This document shows positions 17,691 to 25,447 of a DNA stretch of 64,000 nucleotides, piece after piece (within the stretch, counting starts at the first letter, position 1; each line of letters opens with the position of its first letter). The DNA comes from Roseibacillus sp. GTDB taxonomy: Bacteria; Verrucomicrobiota; Verrucomicrobiia; Verrucomicrobiales; Akkermansiaceae. Where the stretch lies: the NCBI GenBank assembly GCA_051251855.1, contig JBPOGI010000001.1, positions 928,001 to 992,000 on the forward strand, given 5' to 3'. A model generated the notes under the pieces. That model worked only from the letters and a program-made list of their open reading frames with translations. It did no database searches and was not told the origin of the DNA. The translations under genes were made by a program, and so were the position numbers.

Positions 17691-18715
17691 CGTGGCAAGA
17701 CTCCCTTCCACTCTTCCCGGCTTGCTTCGTCGGCAAGCAAGAGATCGTTCAAATCTGAAACGGGTTTCCCGTCCTTGCGGGTGAGTCCATCGAAACGAAA
17801 GCCATCGACTCGGCAATCAACGCTTGCGAGCTGTTCAAACCAGACTTGTGCGGCCTCCATGCCGTCAGTGTGGGGAAAGATGCGGACTCTTCGGCCTGCC
17901 ATCACTTCGAGGGCTTCTTTCGCAATCCTGTTAGACTTTCCGAGAATGGCCACGGGTTGAAAGTTTCCCGCCTTGGATTGCGCCATAAAATCGAAAGCGG
18001 CTAGGTAGTCTGGCCCGCCTTCTACCAGCAAAATTGTAGCGTCTAAATTGGCTGTGCCATAGGCAAGGGTGAGGCCAAGAGGCCAAGACTTCGAGGAGCC
18101 TGCCAAGGTGTGGGCCTTGCGAGCGGGAAGAGTCCCCACGGCATCGAAGGGATTGCCGTCGAGTCTGCGGGCTTCCGCAATCTTGCTGCTGGCATCGAGG
18201 AGAATCCAGCATCTTTGACCGCAAACTTTTCCAAAGCGAAGAGTCCCGATCTCGATGGCGACTTTGACAGCGTAGGACCAAAGACCACGGCCTCGGGAAA
18301 GTTGCGAGACGCTAAGGTCGGAGCCTTTGAAAAGCTCGGGAAGTTTCAGCTCCTTACGAGGCTTCTCTTGATATGGTTGGCGAGGGATGCGCGGTAAGGG
18401 CGAGGGGCGGGCGGTGTCGCCATCGAAGGCAATCATTCCCGCCCGCTCTTCGCACCACTTCGCCGCATCCTTGAAGGCAAACCCTAGCGCGATCATCACG
18501 AAAGAAATCACGTCTCCGGTTTCGTCGCTGGAGAAGTCTTTGAATGCTTTGCCGTCATCATAGACGGAGAAGGACGGCTTGCGGTCTTCTCGCCAAGGGC
18601 ATCGGCAAGACTTCGAGGGCGAGTCCTCAAAGCAAAGGTCACGCCAAGCATCGGGAATGCGGTAGCGCTCTTTTAGTTCTTCCCGGCGGGCGGGGTATGT
18701 AGCTGAAGTTATCAC
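17687..18715 (-). CDS. DnaG-type primase (degenerate CHC2 zinc-binding domain plus TOPRIM)
   Basis: CPWREDRKPSFSV...TGDVISF N-terminal domain; TOPRIM LLVEGGPDYLAA; C-terminal SDLNDLL. Confidence 0.85.
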   Translation of the reverse strand: MITSATYPARREELKERYRIPDAWRDLCFEDSPSKSCRCPWREDRKPSFSVYDDGKAFKDFSSDETGDVISFVMIALGFAFKDAAKWCEERAGMIAFDGDTARPSPLPRIPRQPYQEKPRKELKLPELFKGSDLSVSQLSRGRGLWSYAVKVAIEIGTLRFGKVCGQRCWILLDASSKIAEARRLDGNPFDAVGTLPARKAHTLAGSSKSWPLGLTLAYGTANLDATILLVEGGPDYLAAFDFMAQSKAGNFQPVAILGKSNRIAKEALEVMAGRRVRIFPHTDGMEAAQVWFEQLASVDCRVDGFRFDGLTRKDGKPVSDLNDLLLADEASREEWKGVLPR

Positions 18716-18734
18716 AATCGTTTAGGATTGCGCC

Positions 18735-18823
18735 TTGTCGCAGAAATGGGATCGAGTAACCTGCTGTTGCAAATATTTACAGGGAACGCGCTTTCATTCT
18801 TCGGGTGAGGCGCGTTTCTTTTT
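18735..18823 (+). ncRNA. Candidate ~55-nt counter-transcribed antisense RNA with its promoter and terminator
   Basis: TTGTCG-N16-TAACCT (18735-18762); hairpin 18781-18820 with cUUCGg loop, G-U pairs and U-tract on the + strand, opposite the island operon. Confidence 0.5.
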
Positions 18824-19055
18824 AGTCGATGGCTTGAATAGTGAACCGCTTATCGAGGGCCTTGCGGACTTGAATGGGATCGAGGAAAACCCGCTTTCCA
18901 ATTTTCACATAAGGATAGAATCCCCGCGCTCGCCATTCGTTGAATGTTCGAATGCCTGGTCTTGTAGCCTCATCAGGAAAAACGAGTTCAAGTCCGGTTC
19001 TAATGCCAACAAGTGTTGGCTCCTGCTTCGTGGTAGTAGCATCGTGCGTTTCCAT
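18822..19055 (-). CDS. Excisionase/AlpA-like small DNA-binding protein
   Basis: 77 aa; PGIRTFNEWRARGFYPYVKIGKRVFLDP fits the Xis/MerR-like winged HTH; typical position upstream of the primase. Confidence 0.8.
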   Translation of the reverse strand: METHDATTTKQEPTLVGIRTGLELVFPDEATRPGIRTFNEWRARGFYPYVKIGKRVFLDPIQVRKALDKRFTIQAID

Positions 19056-19168
19056 GCTTCATTGTGTAGCACACTTGAAACTTAGGGATTCTCCTCTCCT
19101 CCCTGCAAAACTCCGCCAAACTCAAACGAACTTCTTAGAGAAGGCTGCGTAATTCCACTATTGAGTTC

Positions 19169-19861
19169 TCAACTTCCTTCCTTCTTGTCGGAAGTTTCAT
19201 TTTCGGCCTTCATTTCGTGCTCATAAGCTTTTTCTCCGCATTTTTTCACCGCTTGAAGTATTTCGAGGTCATCGGAGACGCCGTATTCAGTCTCTACGCG
19301 CCATAATCGATATTCCGCTATGAGTCTGTTAGAAGAGGCCTTTGCTCCGGTAATGCCGGGCAAACCTATCCTTAATAGTTCTATCACCTCTCCAACCCCG
19401 TCTGGCTTTTTTCCTAGAACTAGTTCAATGAGTTTCTGAAAATTAGGTTCTTCAAAACGTTCTTCGAGGAAGTCTCTGAAAACCTTTAGTCTTTGTGGAT
19501 GCTTTGAGAGTCCGACAGCTTGTTTCAGCCAGTCTTCAAATTTCATGTCTACCGCTGCTTGACTGAATTCTCCAGAACTTAGTTCGGGTAGGTAGTGTCT
19601 ACCCACTTTCAGCGAATCTTCGCTATAAGCTCTAGCTTGAACCCTGTAAGGCATCTCTTCGAGTGGCGTTGAATCTTTGCAAAAAATTTCGTTAGAGATA
19701 CGGGAGGCTGAGGCCTCAAATATTTTAAAGGCTACGCCAACGGCTCTCCGAATGACTTCCTCTTCGTCGGCCTCAGAGAAGTCGTTAAAATGAGTCGTGT
19801 AAATCTTTGTCGCTAGTTGCGCCAACTCTGCAGGGGTAGGGAAGTCTTCTTCATCCATCAT
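19169..19861 (-). CDS. Hypothetical protein between int and xis (possible regulator)
   Basis: 230-aa helical ORF with no recognised motif; visibly more AT-rich than the replication genes. Confidence 0.65.
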   Translation of the reverse strand: MMDEEDFPTPAELAQLATKIYTTHFNDFSEADEEEVIRRAVGVAFKIFEASASRISNEIFCKDSTPLEEMPYRVQARAYSEDSLKVGRHYLPELSSGEFSQAAVDMKFEDWLKQAVGLSKHPQRLKVFRDFLEERFEEPNFQKLIELVLGKKPDGVGEVIELLRIGLPGITGAKASSNRLIAEYRLWRVETEYGVSDDLEILQAVKKCGEKAYEHEMKAENETSDKKEGS

Positions 19862-19899
19862 GATTAACGAAATGTGATTTGGATTGCCGATTTCGAGGC

Positions 19900-21201
19900 T
19901 TAGACCGCCTTCAAATGAATTATTCCCGTCGGTGATTCAGGGATAGGGCCAAAGACTGCGCGGCGAATGTCCTTGTCTGGGATGACGGCGAAAAAATCGG
20001 CGCCTTCTTCTTGCGGGCGCAAGTTGAGGTAGTGCTTTTTCACCATGCTCTCGGAGTTCCCCGCTTGTAGGGCGGCATCACCTACGCTCCGGTGGAGGGC
20101 CACATGATAGGAAATGAAGCTGTGCCGGGTTTCATCATGCGAAAGCTGGAAGTGCTTCCTTGCCTGCTTCATGAGGCGATCAAAGTTCGTCGGGATGATC
20201 GGCTTGTCGTCGAGGGCCTTGAGCCATGCCGCCAAAGAGTCAGAGACTTTGACCTGCCGGGCCTCTTTCGTTTTTGAGACTTCGGCGGGAATGTGAATTG
20301 TCCCAGTCTTGAGATTGATGAGTTCTTTCTCTCGCTTAGCAAGTTTACCCATTTCCTCATCAGGACGGATACCGGCGAAGTAGGTTAGAGCAAAATACTT
20401 GGCCAAGCATCCTCCTCGCCAACGTAAGAGCACTGTGAGAAGGTGTTGAACGTCACAAGGGGAGGTTATAACAATTGGGCCCTTTTGTTCAGCTACCTGT
20501 TTCGCTGTGAAGATTCGCACGCTTTCGACGGGGTTGGAAAAGCACCAAGGGCGATGGGTTGCTAGGTCGTTTTCTCCTGCCCACTTGAAGAAGTGATTTA
20601 GCTCGTTGCGGTAATTGTTCCAAGTCTTGCGCGTTGCCGAGGCCTTGCCATCCTTGGCCCTCAGGCCCTTCAGGAAAGCTTGAACCGTGGAAGCGGTCAC
20701 TTCATGAACAAGAGGGTCGTCGGACTCGCGAGCAAAGAGAGAGAGCACGCTCTTCTTTCCAGTTATGGTGCGTTGCCGGATTCCTGCTTGCTCGCACTCA
20801 TCGAGGTAAACTTTCAAACCCTCGGCAAAGGGGATCTCGAAATCGGGGGCACGGTGATTCTTCAGAAAGAAGTTCACGGCATCGGTTAGCGAATAGGATT
20901 TTCCCAGCTTGTCGAAAGCAAGTTCGGCTTCACTAACCTGCTCATCACTCATCGAGGTGTTGACCATGCGGACGGCGCGGCCCTTGTTCTTGATTTCGAT
21001 TTCCTTGAGGGCGGCAAACGTCTTGGCCTTTTGCTCATCCTTAAACTCTCGCTTCTTCCACTTCCCATCTTCTTTCCACCCTTGGACTAGGTAAGAGGTG
21101 TAAAAAACTCCCTTCTTCTCGTAGCTATAAGGGCGAACTGTAATATTAACGGCGGCAGACTTGGCCGCTACGATTCGAGTTCTCTTCTTCGTCCTGCTCA
21201 T
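19900..21201 (-). CDS. Tyrosine recombinase/integrase
   Basis: AGIRPDE (Arg), SKT (Lys), HDETRHSF, AGNS, KKHY (Tyr); basic N-terminal extension consistent with an arm-binding domain; adjacent to the att repeat. Confidence 0.95.
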   Translation of the reverse strand: MSRTKKRTRIVAAKSAAVNITVRPYSYEKKGVFYTSYLVQGWKEDGKWKKREFKDEQKAKTFAALKEIEIKNKGRAVRMVNTSMSDEQVSEAELAFDKLGKSYSLTDAVNFFLKNHRAPDFEIPFAEGLKVYLDECEQAGIRQRTITGKKSVLSLFARESDDPLVHEVTASTVQAFLKGLRAKDGKASATRKTWNNYRNELNHFFKWAGENDLATHRPWCFSNPVESVRIFTAKQVAEQKGPIVITSPCDVQHLLTVLLRWRGGCLAKYFALTYFAGIRPDEEMGKLAKREKELINLKTGTIHIPAEVSKTKEARQVKVSDSLAAWLKALDDKPIIPTNFDRLMKQARKHFQLSHDETRHSFISYHVALHRSVGDAALQAGNSESMVKKHYLNLRPQEEGADFFAVIPDKDIRRAVFGPIPESPTGIIHLKAV

Positions 21202-21238
21202 CCTTGCATCATGACGACATTAAGGCGCATTTAAAAGC

Positions 21239-21265
21239 ATCTATTGCGGGAATTGTTGCGGGAAA
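21239..21265 (+). repeat. Putative tandem integrase arm-type sites, right end
   Basis: ATCTATTGCGGGAATTGTTGCGGGAAA; direct repeat of 13960-13986. Confidence 0.75.
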
Positions 21266-21298
21266 GTCATAAAACCCTTTGTTACTAGGAGTGACTTG

Positions 21299-21348
21299 CA
21301 GGCTCATAACCTGAAGGTCCTCAGTTCAAATCTGAGCCCCGTAACCAA
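21299..21348 (+). repeat. Right att core: displaced 3' part of tRNA-fMet
   Basis: 50/50 identical to 13810-13859; the 5' part of the tRNA is absent. Confidence 0.97.
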
Positions 21349-21350
21349 TT

Positions 21351-21388
21351 GAAGCCTCACTTTGAAAGAAGTGAGGCTTCTCCATTTT
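21351..21388 (+). terminator. Intrinsic terminator (original host tRNA terminator; may also serve convergent ispD)
   Basis: 12-bp perfect stem GAAGCCTCACTT/AAGTGAGGCTTC followed by TCCATTTT. Confidence 0.85.
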
Positions 21389-21397
21389 ACGAGGATT

Positions 21398-22066
21398 CTA
21401 GGCTGAGAGAATCATCTCGGCGAGGGCGAGGTCGGAGGGGTAGGTGACTTTGGGATTGGGGCTTGGATTGGGAACGAGCTTGATGGCGTGGCCGAGGTGT
21501 TGGAGGGCGGAGACTTCGTCGGTGACGGTAAGCTGGTCGACGGCGACTTGGCGGTAGGCTTCTTCCAAGAGGCGGAGACGGAAGCATTGCGGGGTTTCCA
21601 TCGCCCAGAGTCTTTCGCGGTCCACGGTGGCTGCAGTGCCTTTGACAAAATCGTCAGGGTCGGCACGCTTAAGAGTTTCCGTGATGGGATGGGCGAGGGT
21701 AGCTGCTCCATGCACGGACGCGCCATCGAGAGCTAGGGAGATGGCTTCAGGAGTGACAAGAGGCCGTGCTCCGTCATGGATGGCTACGAGGCTGCAGTTG
21801 GCAGAAAGAGCGGCGAGTCCGTTGGAGACTGAGTCTTGGCGCTCGGCTCCACCATCGACCCGAATCACTTTCTCTTCGAGTCCTGACAAGTCGAGGGACC
21901 GAAAACGTTCGGGGTCGGTGACCAAGATGATTTCGGTGATACGAGGGCAGGCCCCAAAGGCGGAGAGAGTGTGGTCGAGAACAGTCTTTCCCGCAAGGGG
22001 TGCCATCAACTTATCGAAGCCCATGCGGCGAGATGAACCCGAAGCAACGATGATGGCGGAGGTCAT
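21398..22066 (-). CDS. ispD: 2-C-methyl-D-erythritol 4-phosphate cytidylyltransferase
   Basis: ASGSSRRMG, GGAERQDSV, IHDGARP, ETPQ, TDE, NPKVTYPSDL. Confidence 0.95.
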   Translation of the reverse strand: MTSAIIVASGSSRRMGFDKLMAPLAGKTVLDHTLSAFGACPRITEIILVTDPERFRSLDLSGLEEKVIRVDGGAERQDSVSNGLAALSANCSLVAIHDGARPLVTPEAISLALDGASVHGAATLAHPITETLKRADPDDFVKGTAATVDRERLWAMETPQCFRLRLLEEAYRQVAVDQLTVTDEVSALQHLGHAIKLVPNPSPNPKVTYPSDLALAEMILSA

Positions 22067-22099
22067 GATGGGCGAGGCTGCTGATTCACGTTGGCGACG

Positions 22100-22555
22100 C
22101 TAGGCGAGCTTGCTTTGGACTGCTTGAGAAAGGGTTTTGCCGTCAGCGCGGCCTCCAGTTTTCTCTTGAAGAACTTTCATGACTTTACCCATGTCGGCTC
22201 GAGTCGTTGCTCCCGTTTCTGCGATAGACTCGGCAACGGCTTGATCAAGCTCGTCTTGGGTGAGAGCCGCGGGAAGGTATTTCTCAAGGATGGCAATTTC
22301 TGATTTCTCTTTTTCGGCAAGCTCAGTGCGTCCCGCTTGCTCGAACTGTGAGATCGAGTCTTGGCGCTGTTTGACTTGCTTGCGAATGACTGCGGTGACT
22401 TCAGCATCATCGAGAACGGCGTCGGCTCCACCCTTTTCGATAGCGACATTCTTAATAGCTGATTTAAGGGCGCGCAGAGTTCCAAGGGCGATTGTGTCCT
22501 TGGCACGCATCGCATTTTTGATGTCTTCGGTGACTTGGTCGGAAAGTGTTGCCAT
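22100..22555 (-). CDS. GatB/YqeY domain protein
   Basis: DIKNAMRAKD, KQRQDSISQF, YLP, DMGKVM, GRADG; start at ATG 22555. Confidence 0.93.
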   Translation of the reverse strand: MATLSDQVTEDIKNAMRAKDTIALGTLRALKSAIKNVAIEKGGADAVLDDAEVTAVIRKQVKQRQDSISQFEQAGRTELAEKEKSEIAILEKYLPAALTQDELDQAVAESIAETGATTRADMGKVMKVLQEKTGGRADGKTLSQAVQSKLA

Positions 22556-22639
22556 GGGGCGCAGTGTGCAGGGCTGGTGAGGGGTGAAAAGTCTTTTCCT
22601 CATTTCAGGTCCTTGCCAAAGGGACTCCTCACGAACCCA

Positions 22640-23458
22640 TTACCGCTTGCGGCGGAGAAGAGCCAAGAGACCCAAAGTCCCGAGAGCGATGGTCGAGGGC
22701 TCAGGGACTTTGTTATTATCGATGGTGAGGTTATCGAAGAAGGCTTGGCCGGAATTGACTTCGACAGTTCCGCTTTGGAGGGTGCCATCGGTGCTGAAGG
22801 CCCCGCCTCCTAGGCTGAAGGTCAGGTTTTTGTCTTCATCGAAATCCCAAGCGGAGAGGTCATGGTCACCGAGAACGACGGCACCAGAGCCGGTATCGTA
22901 TGAGATAGTGGCTAGATTGGTATTGGGGTCAAAGCTGACTTTGAGGTCGGTGGCACCAATGCTGCCTAACATTCCAGCGATAAGGGGGGTGGTTTCGGTG
23001 CCATCATTGGTGAGACCCGCACGGATGAGCTTGTCGGATGTTCCGGTCCCGAGAGGGTCGCCAGCGGTTAAGCTGATTTCCAAGTTGTCTTGAGAGTTGT
23101 TGGTGTTTTCTATGCTGATGTAGATGGAGACGGCCTCGTTGGCACTAAATTTGCCAAAGTCTTCAGTTGGGGACAAGTAGGCTAGGACATCCACGCACCA
23201 ACCTTGGTTTGCGGTTAAGACGTTGTAGGATGCGTAGCTTGCATAGTGGTTTGCACCGATAAGGTCGTTCGCTGGTGAGGCGGTGAACTCGAGTCGGTCG
23301 TTGGTCGGGCTGATTTCGCCATTGTTTTCGATAAAGGGAGTTTCATCCCAAATGGCCTTGTTGAGTCCGCCATCGAAGGTGTCGACTAAAATCACTCCAT
23401 GCGAGAGGGCTGTGAATGAGGCAGAAGCAAAGACGATGGGGAGCGCTTTCGAAATCAT
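22640..23458 (-). CDS. PEP-CTERM sorting domain protein
   Basis: Signal peptide; C-terminal VPEPST, TM segment and RRKR. Confidence 0.93.
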   Translation of the reverse strand: MISKALPIVFASASFTALSHGVILVDTFDGGLNKAIWDETPFIENNGEISPTNDRLEFTASPANDLIGANHYASYASYNVLTANQGWCVDVLAYLSPTEDFGKFSANEAVSIYISIENTNNSQDNLEISLTAGDPLGTGTSDKLIRAGLTNDGTETTPLIAGMLGSIGATDLKVSFDPNTNLATISYDTGSGAVVLGDHDLSAWDFDEDKNLTFSLGGGAFSTDGTLQSGTVEVNSGQAFFDNLTIDNNKVPEPSTIALGTLGLLALLRRKR

Positions 23459-23489
23459 TCCTATTGGGTATCCCGATATTTAGGGTGTC

Positions 23490-25004
23490 TCAAGTATCTA
23501 TTCTGTCTCCTGTCATACTCGCGAGGAAGGTTTCGGCATTGGTTCGATGTTCCGCTTTTTTCTCGGGTGACATGCGCTCGCAGGTTTTAGCCATCATCGA
23601 GAGGCGGTGGTTCTTGGCGAAAATGTCGAGATGGTCATCGATGAAGGTCCAGTAGAGTCCATCCCAGATAGGGGCCCAGTCTTTGCTTTTGGGGTAGTCG
23701 GACATCTTGCAGATGTAGTTGGAGCCTGAAAGATAGGGCTTAGTCGTGAAGAGTCCGCCGTCAGCAAATTGGGACATGCCATAGACGTTGGGGACCATGA
23801 CCCAGTCGTAGGCGTCGACGAAGAGCTCCATGAACCAACGGTAGACGTCGTCAGGGTCGATGCGGCAGAGAAGCATGAAGTTGCCGAGGACCATGAGGCG
23901 TTCGATATGGTGGCAGTAACCGGTTTCTTTGGCGCGGCGGATGGCGTCGTCCACGGGAGGGATGCCGGTAGTGCCATCGTAAAAAGCAGAGGGCATTTTG
24001 CGAGTGAAGCCCCAGAAATTCTTGGTGCGCATGGTGGTGCCATGGCGGTCATACATGGCTTTCATGAACTCGCGCCATCCGATGATTTGGCGGATAAACC
24101 CTTCCAAGGAATTGATGCCGATATCCTTCTTCTTGGCAGTTTTGATGGCTGCTTGAACGATCGTTTCTGGCGAGAGAAGGCCGATGTTCAGCATGGGAGT
24201 GAGAACGGAGTGAAACATTACCCGATGTTGACTGGAGAGGGCGTCTTCGTAAGGGCCGAATTCTTGAAAGCGTTCGGTGAGAAAGGTTTCGAGCCACTTT
24301 TCAGCATCAGAATGGGTGACGGGATAAGGAAAGGTGGTGAGATCAAGGTCGGCTTTTTCGAATCGGTTCTCGGCCCAAAGTATCGCTTCAGTGAGAAAGG
24401 GATTAGATTGAGCGATTGGTTCGCTAGGGACAGGGTGGCCTTTGGGCAGTTTCTTGCGATTGTCTTCGTCGAAGGAGTACTGCCCACCTTCGGGTTCGTC
24501 GCCGTTCATGAGGATGTCCATGCGTGCGCGCTGGTTTTTGTAGAAGCGGGCCATGAAGGGCTTTTTACCTTCTGGGAATTGTTGCTCGAGAAAGTCGTCG
24601 GGGGTCAGAAAGTTGGGAGATGGCGCGATGACGAGTTCGATGCCTTCGTCTTCGGTGAAGCGTTGCAGTCTTCGATTGAGGAGGTAGTCGGCGGGCTCGG
24701 CGAGATGGAGTTTCTTGAGTTTAGCTAGGGGGAGCTTTTTGAGCTGGTCTTCGGTAGTGGCTGGACCGGTGGGGAGGTTGAGAAGGGTGACCTGGTAGTT
24801 CCTTTTTTCGAGGAGCTGTTGGAAGGCCAATAAAGAGGCTCGGTGGAGGACTGGCTTGAAGGGGTGAAGCTGCGGGAGAGGCTGGTGCTGGTCCGTGCCG
24901 TAGAAGAGAGGGTCTTCGAAGAGGTAGACTGGCCGATCCTTTGCAAGGCTGGGGTGGTCTAGGAAGAGCTGGTGGGGAAAGATGAGAGTGATTTCGGCAG
25001 GCAC
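23490..25004 (-). CDS. Cryptochrome/photolyase family protein (bacterial (6-4) photolyase PhrB/CryB-like, apparently without Fe-S cluster)
   Basis: FPHQLF, PEGGQYSFDEDNR, FGPYEDA, EGFIRQIIGWREF, HHIERLM, DAYDWV; GTG start at 25004 preferred. Confidence 0.9.
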   Translation of the reverse strand: MPAEITLIFPHQLFLDHPSLAKDRPVYLFEDPLFYGTDQHQPLPQLHPFKPVLHRASLLAFQQLLEKRNYQVTLLNLPTGPATTEDQLKKLPLAKLKKLHLAEPADYLLNRRLQRFTEDEGIELVIAPSPNFLTPDDFLEQQFPEGKKPFMARFYKNQRARMDILMNGDEPEGGQYSFDEDNRKKLPKGHPVPSEPIAQSNPFLTEAILWAENRFEKADLDLTTFPYPVTHSDAEKWLETFLTERFQEFGPYEDALSSQHRVMFHSVLTPMLNIGLLSPETIVQAAIKTAKKKDIGINSLEGFIRQIIGWREFMKAMYDRHGTTMRTKNFWGFTRKMPSAFYDGTTGIPPVDDAIRRAKETGYCHHIERLMVLGNFMLLCRIDPDDVYRWFMELFVDAYDWVMVPNVYGMSQFADGGLFTTKPYLSGSNYICKMSDYPKSKDWAPIWDGLYWTFIDDHLDIFAKNHRLSMMAKTCERMSPEKKAEHRTNAETFLASMTGDRIDT

Positions 25005-25119
25005 GGCGGAAGGTGGAGCGGATGGGCGTTTTTGCAAATGAAGGAGAGGCTGTTGGGATGAGGTTGGCGAGAATGGTCGTTGCCATAGCGGGGGTTGGGT
25101 TGTTACCACTTGGGCTGCA

Positions 25120-25425
25120 ATGAGCGAAAAGGTTTCCAAAGAAGCGCGCGACCGTTACTGGCGGTCCAATTTGAAGTGGTTGGCGGGTCTGCTAACCGTG
25201 TGGTTCTTGGTGTCTTACGGTTGTGGGATTTTGTGGGTGGATGCATTGGATAAAATCACTATTCCTGGGACGGGTTTTAAGCTTGGTTTTTGGTTTGCTC
25301 AACAAGGAAGCATTTACGTCTTTGTGGTATTAATCGCGATTTACGTAGTGGTGATGAACCGCTTGGATCGACAGTTGTTAGGGGCCGGTGGAGTGGAAGA
25401 GGGCGGGGACGTCTCGGATCATTAA
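25120..25425 (+). CDS. DUF4212/DUF485 small membrane partner of a solute:sodium symporter
   Basis: YWRSN...GFWFAQQGSI; lies directly upstream of the symporter. Confidence 0.9.
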   Translation: MSEKVSKEARDRYWRSNLKWLAGLLTVWFLVSYGCGILWVDALDKITIPGTGFKLGFWFAQQGSIYVFVVLIAIYVVVMNRLDRQLLGAGGVEEGGDVSDH

Positions 25426-25447
25426 GTTTTAGAAGAGGTGTATTAGA

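Noticed and set aside
17691..17816. Extended start of the DUF3987-like ORF, or a primase-ATPase frameshift fusion
   Set aside because: The ATGA overlap explains the junction as translational coupling; no slippery sequence is evident.
21299..21348. Second tRNA-Met gene
   Set aside because: Only the 3' part is present, with no D-arm or 5' acceptor strand; it is the att duplication.
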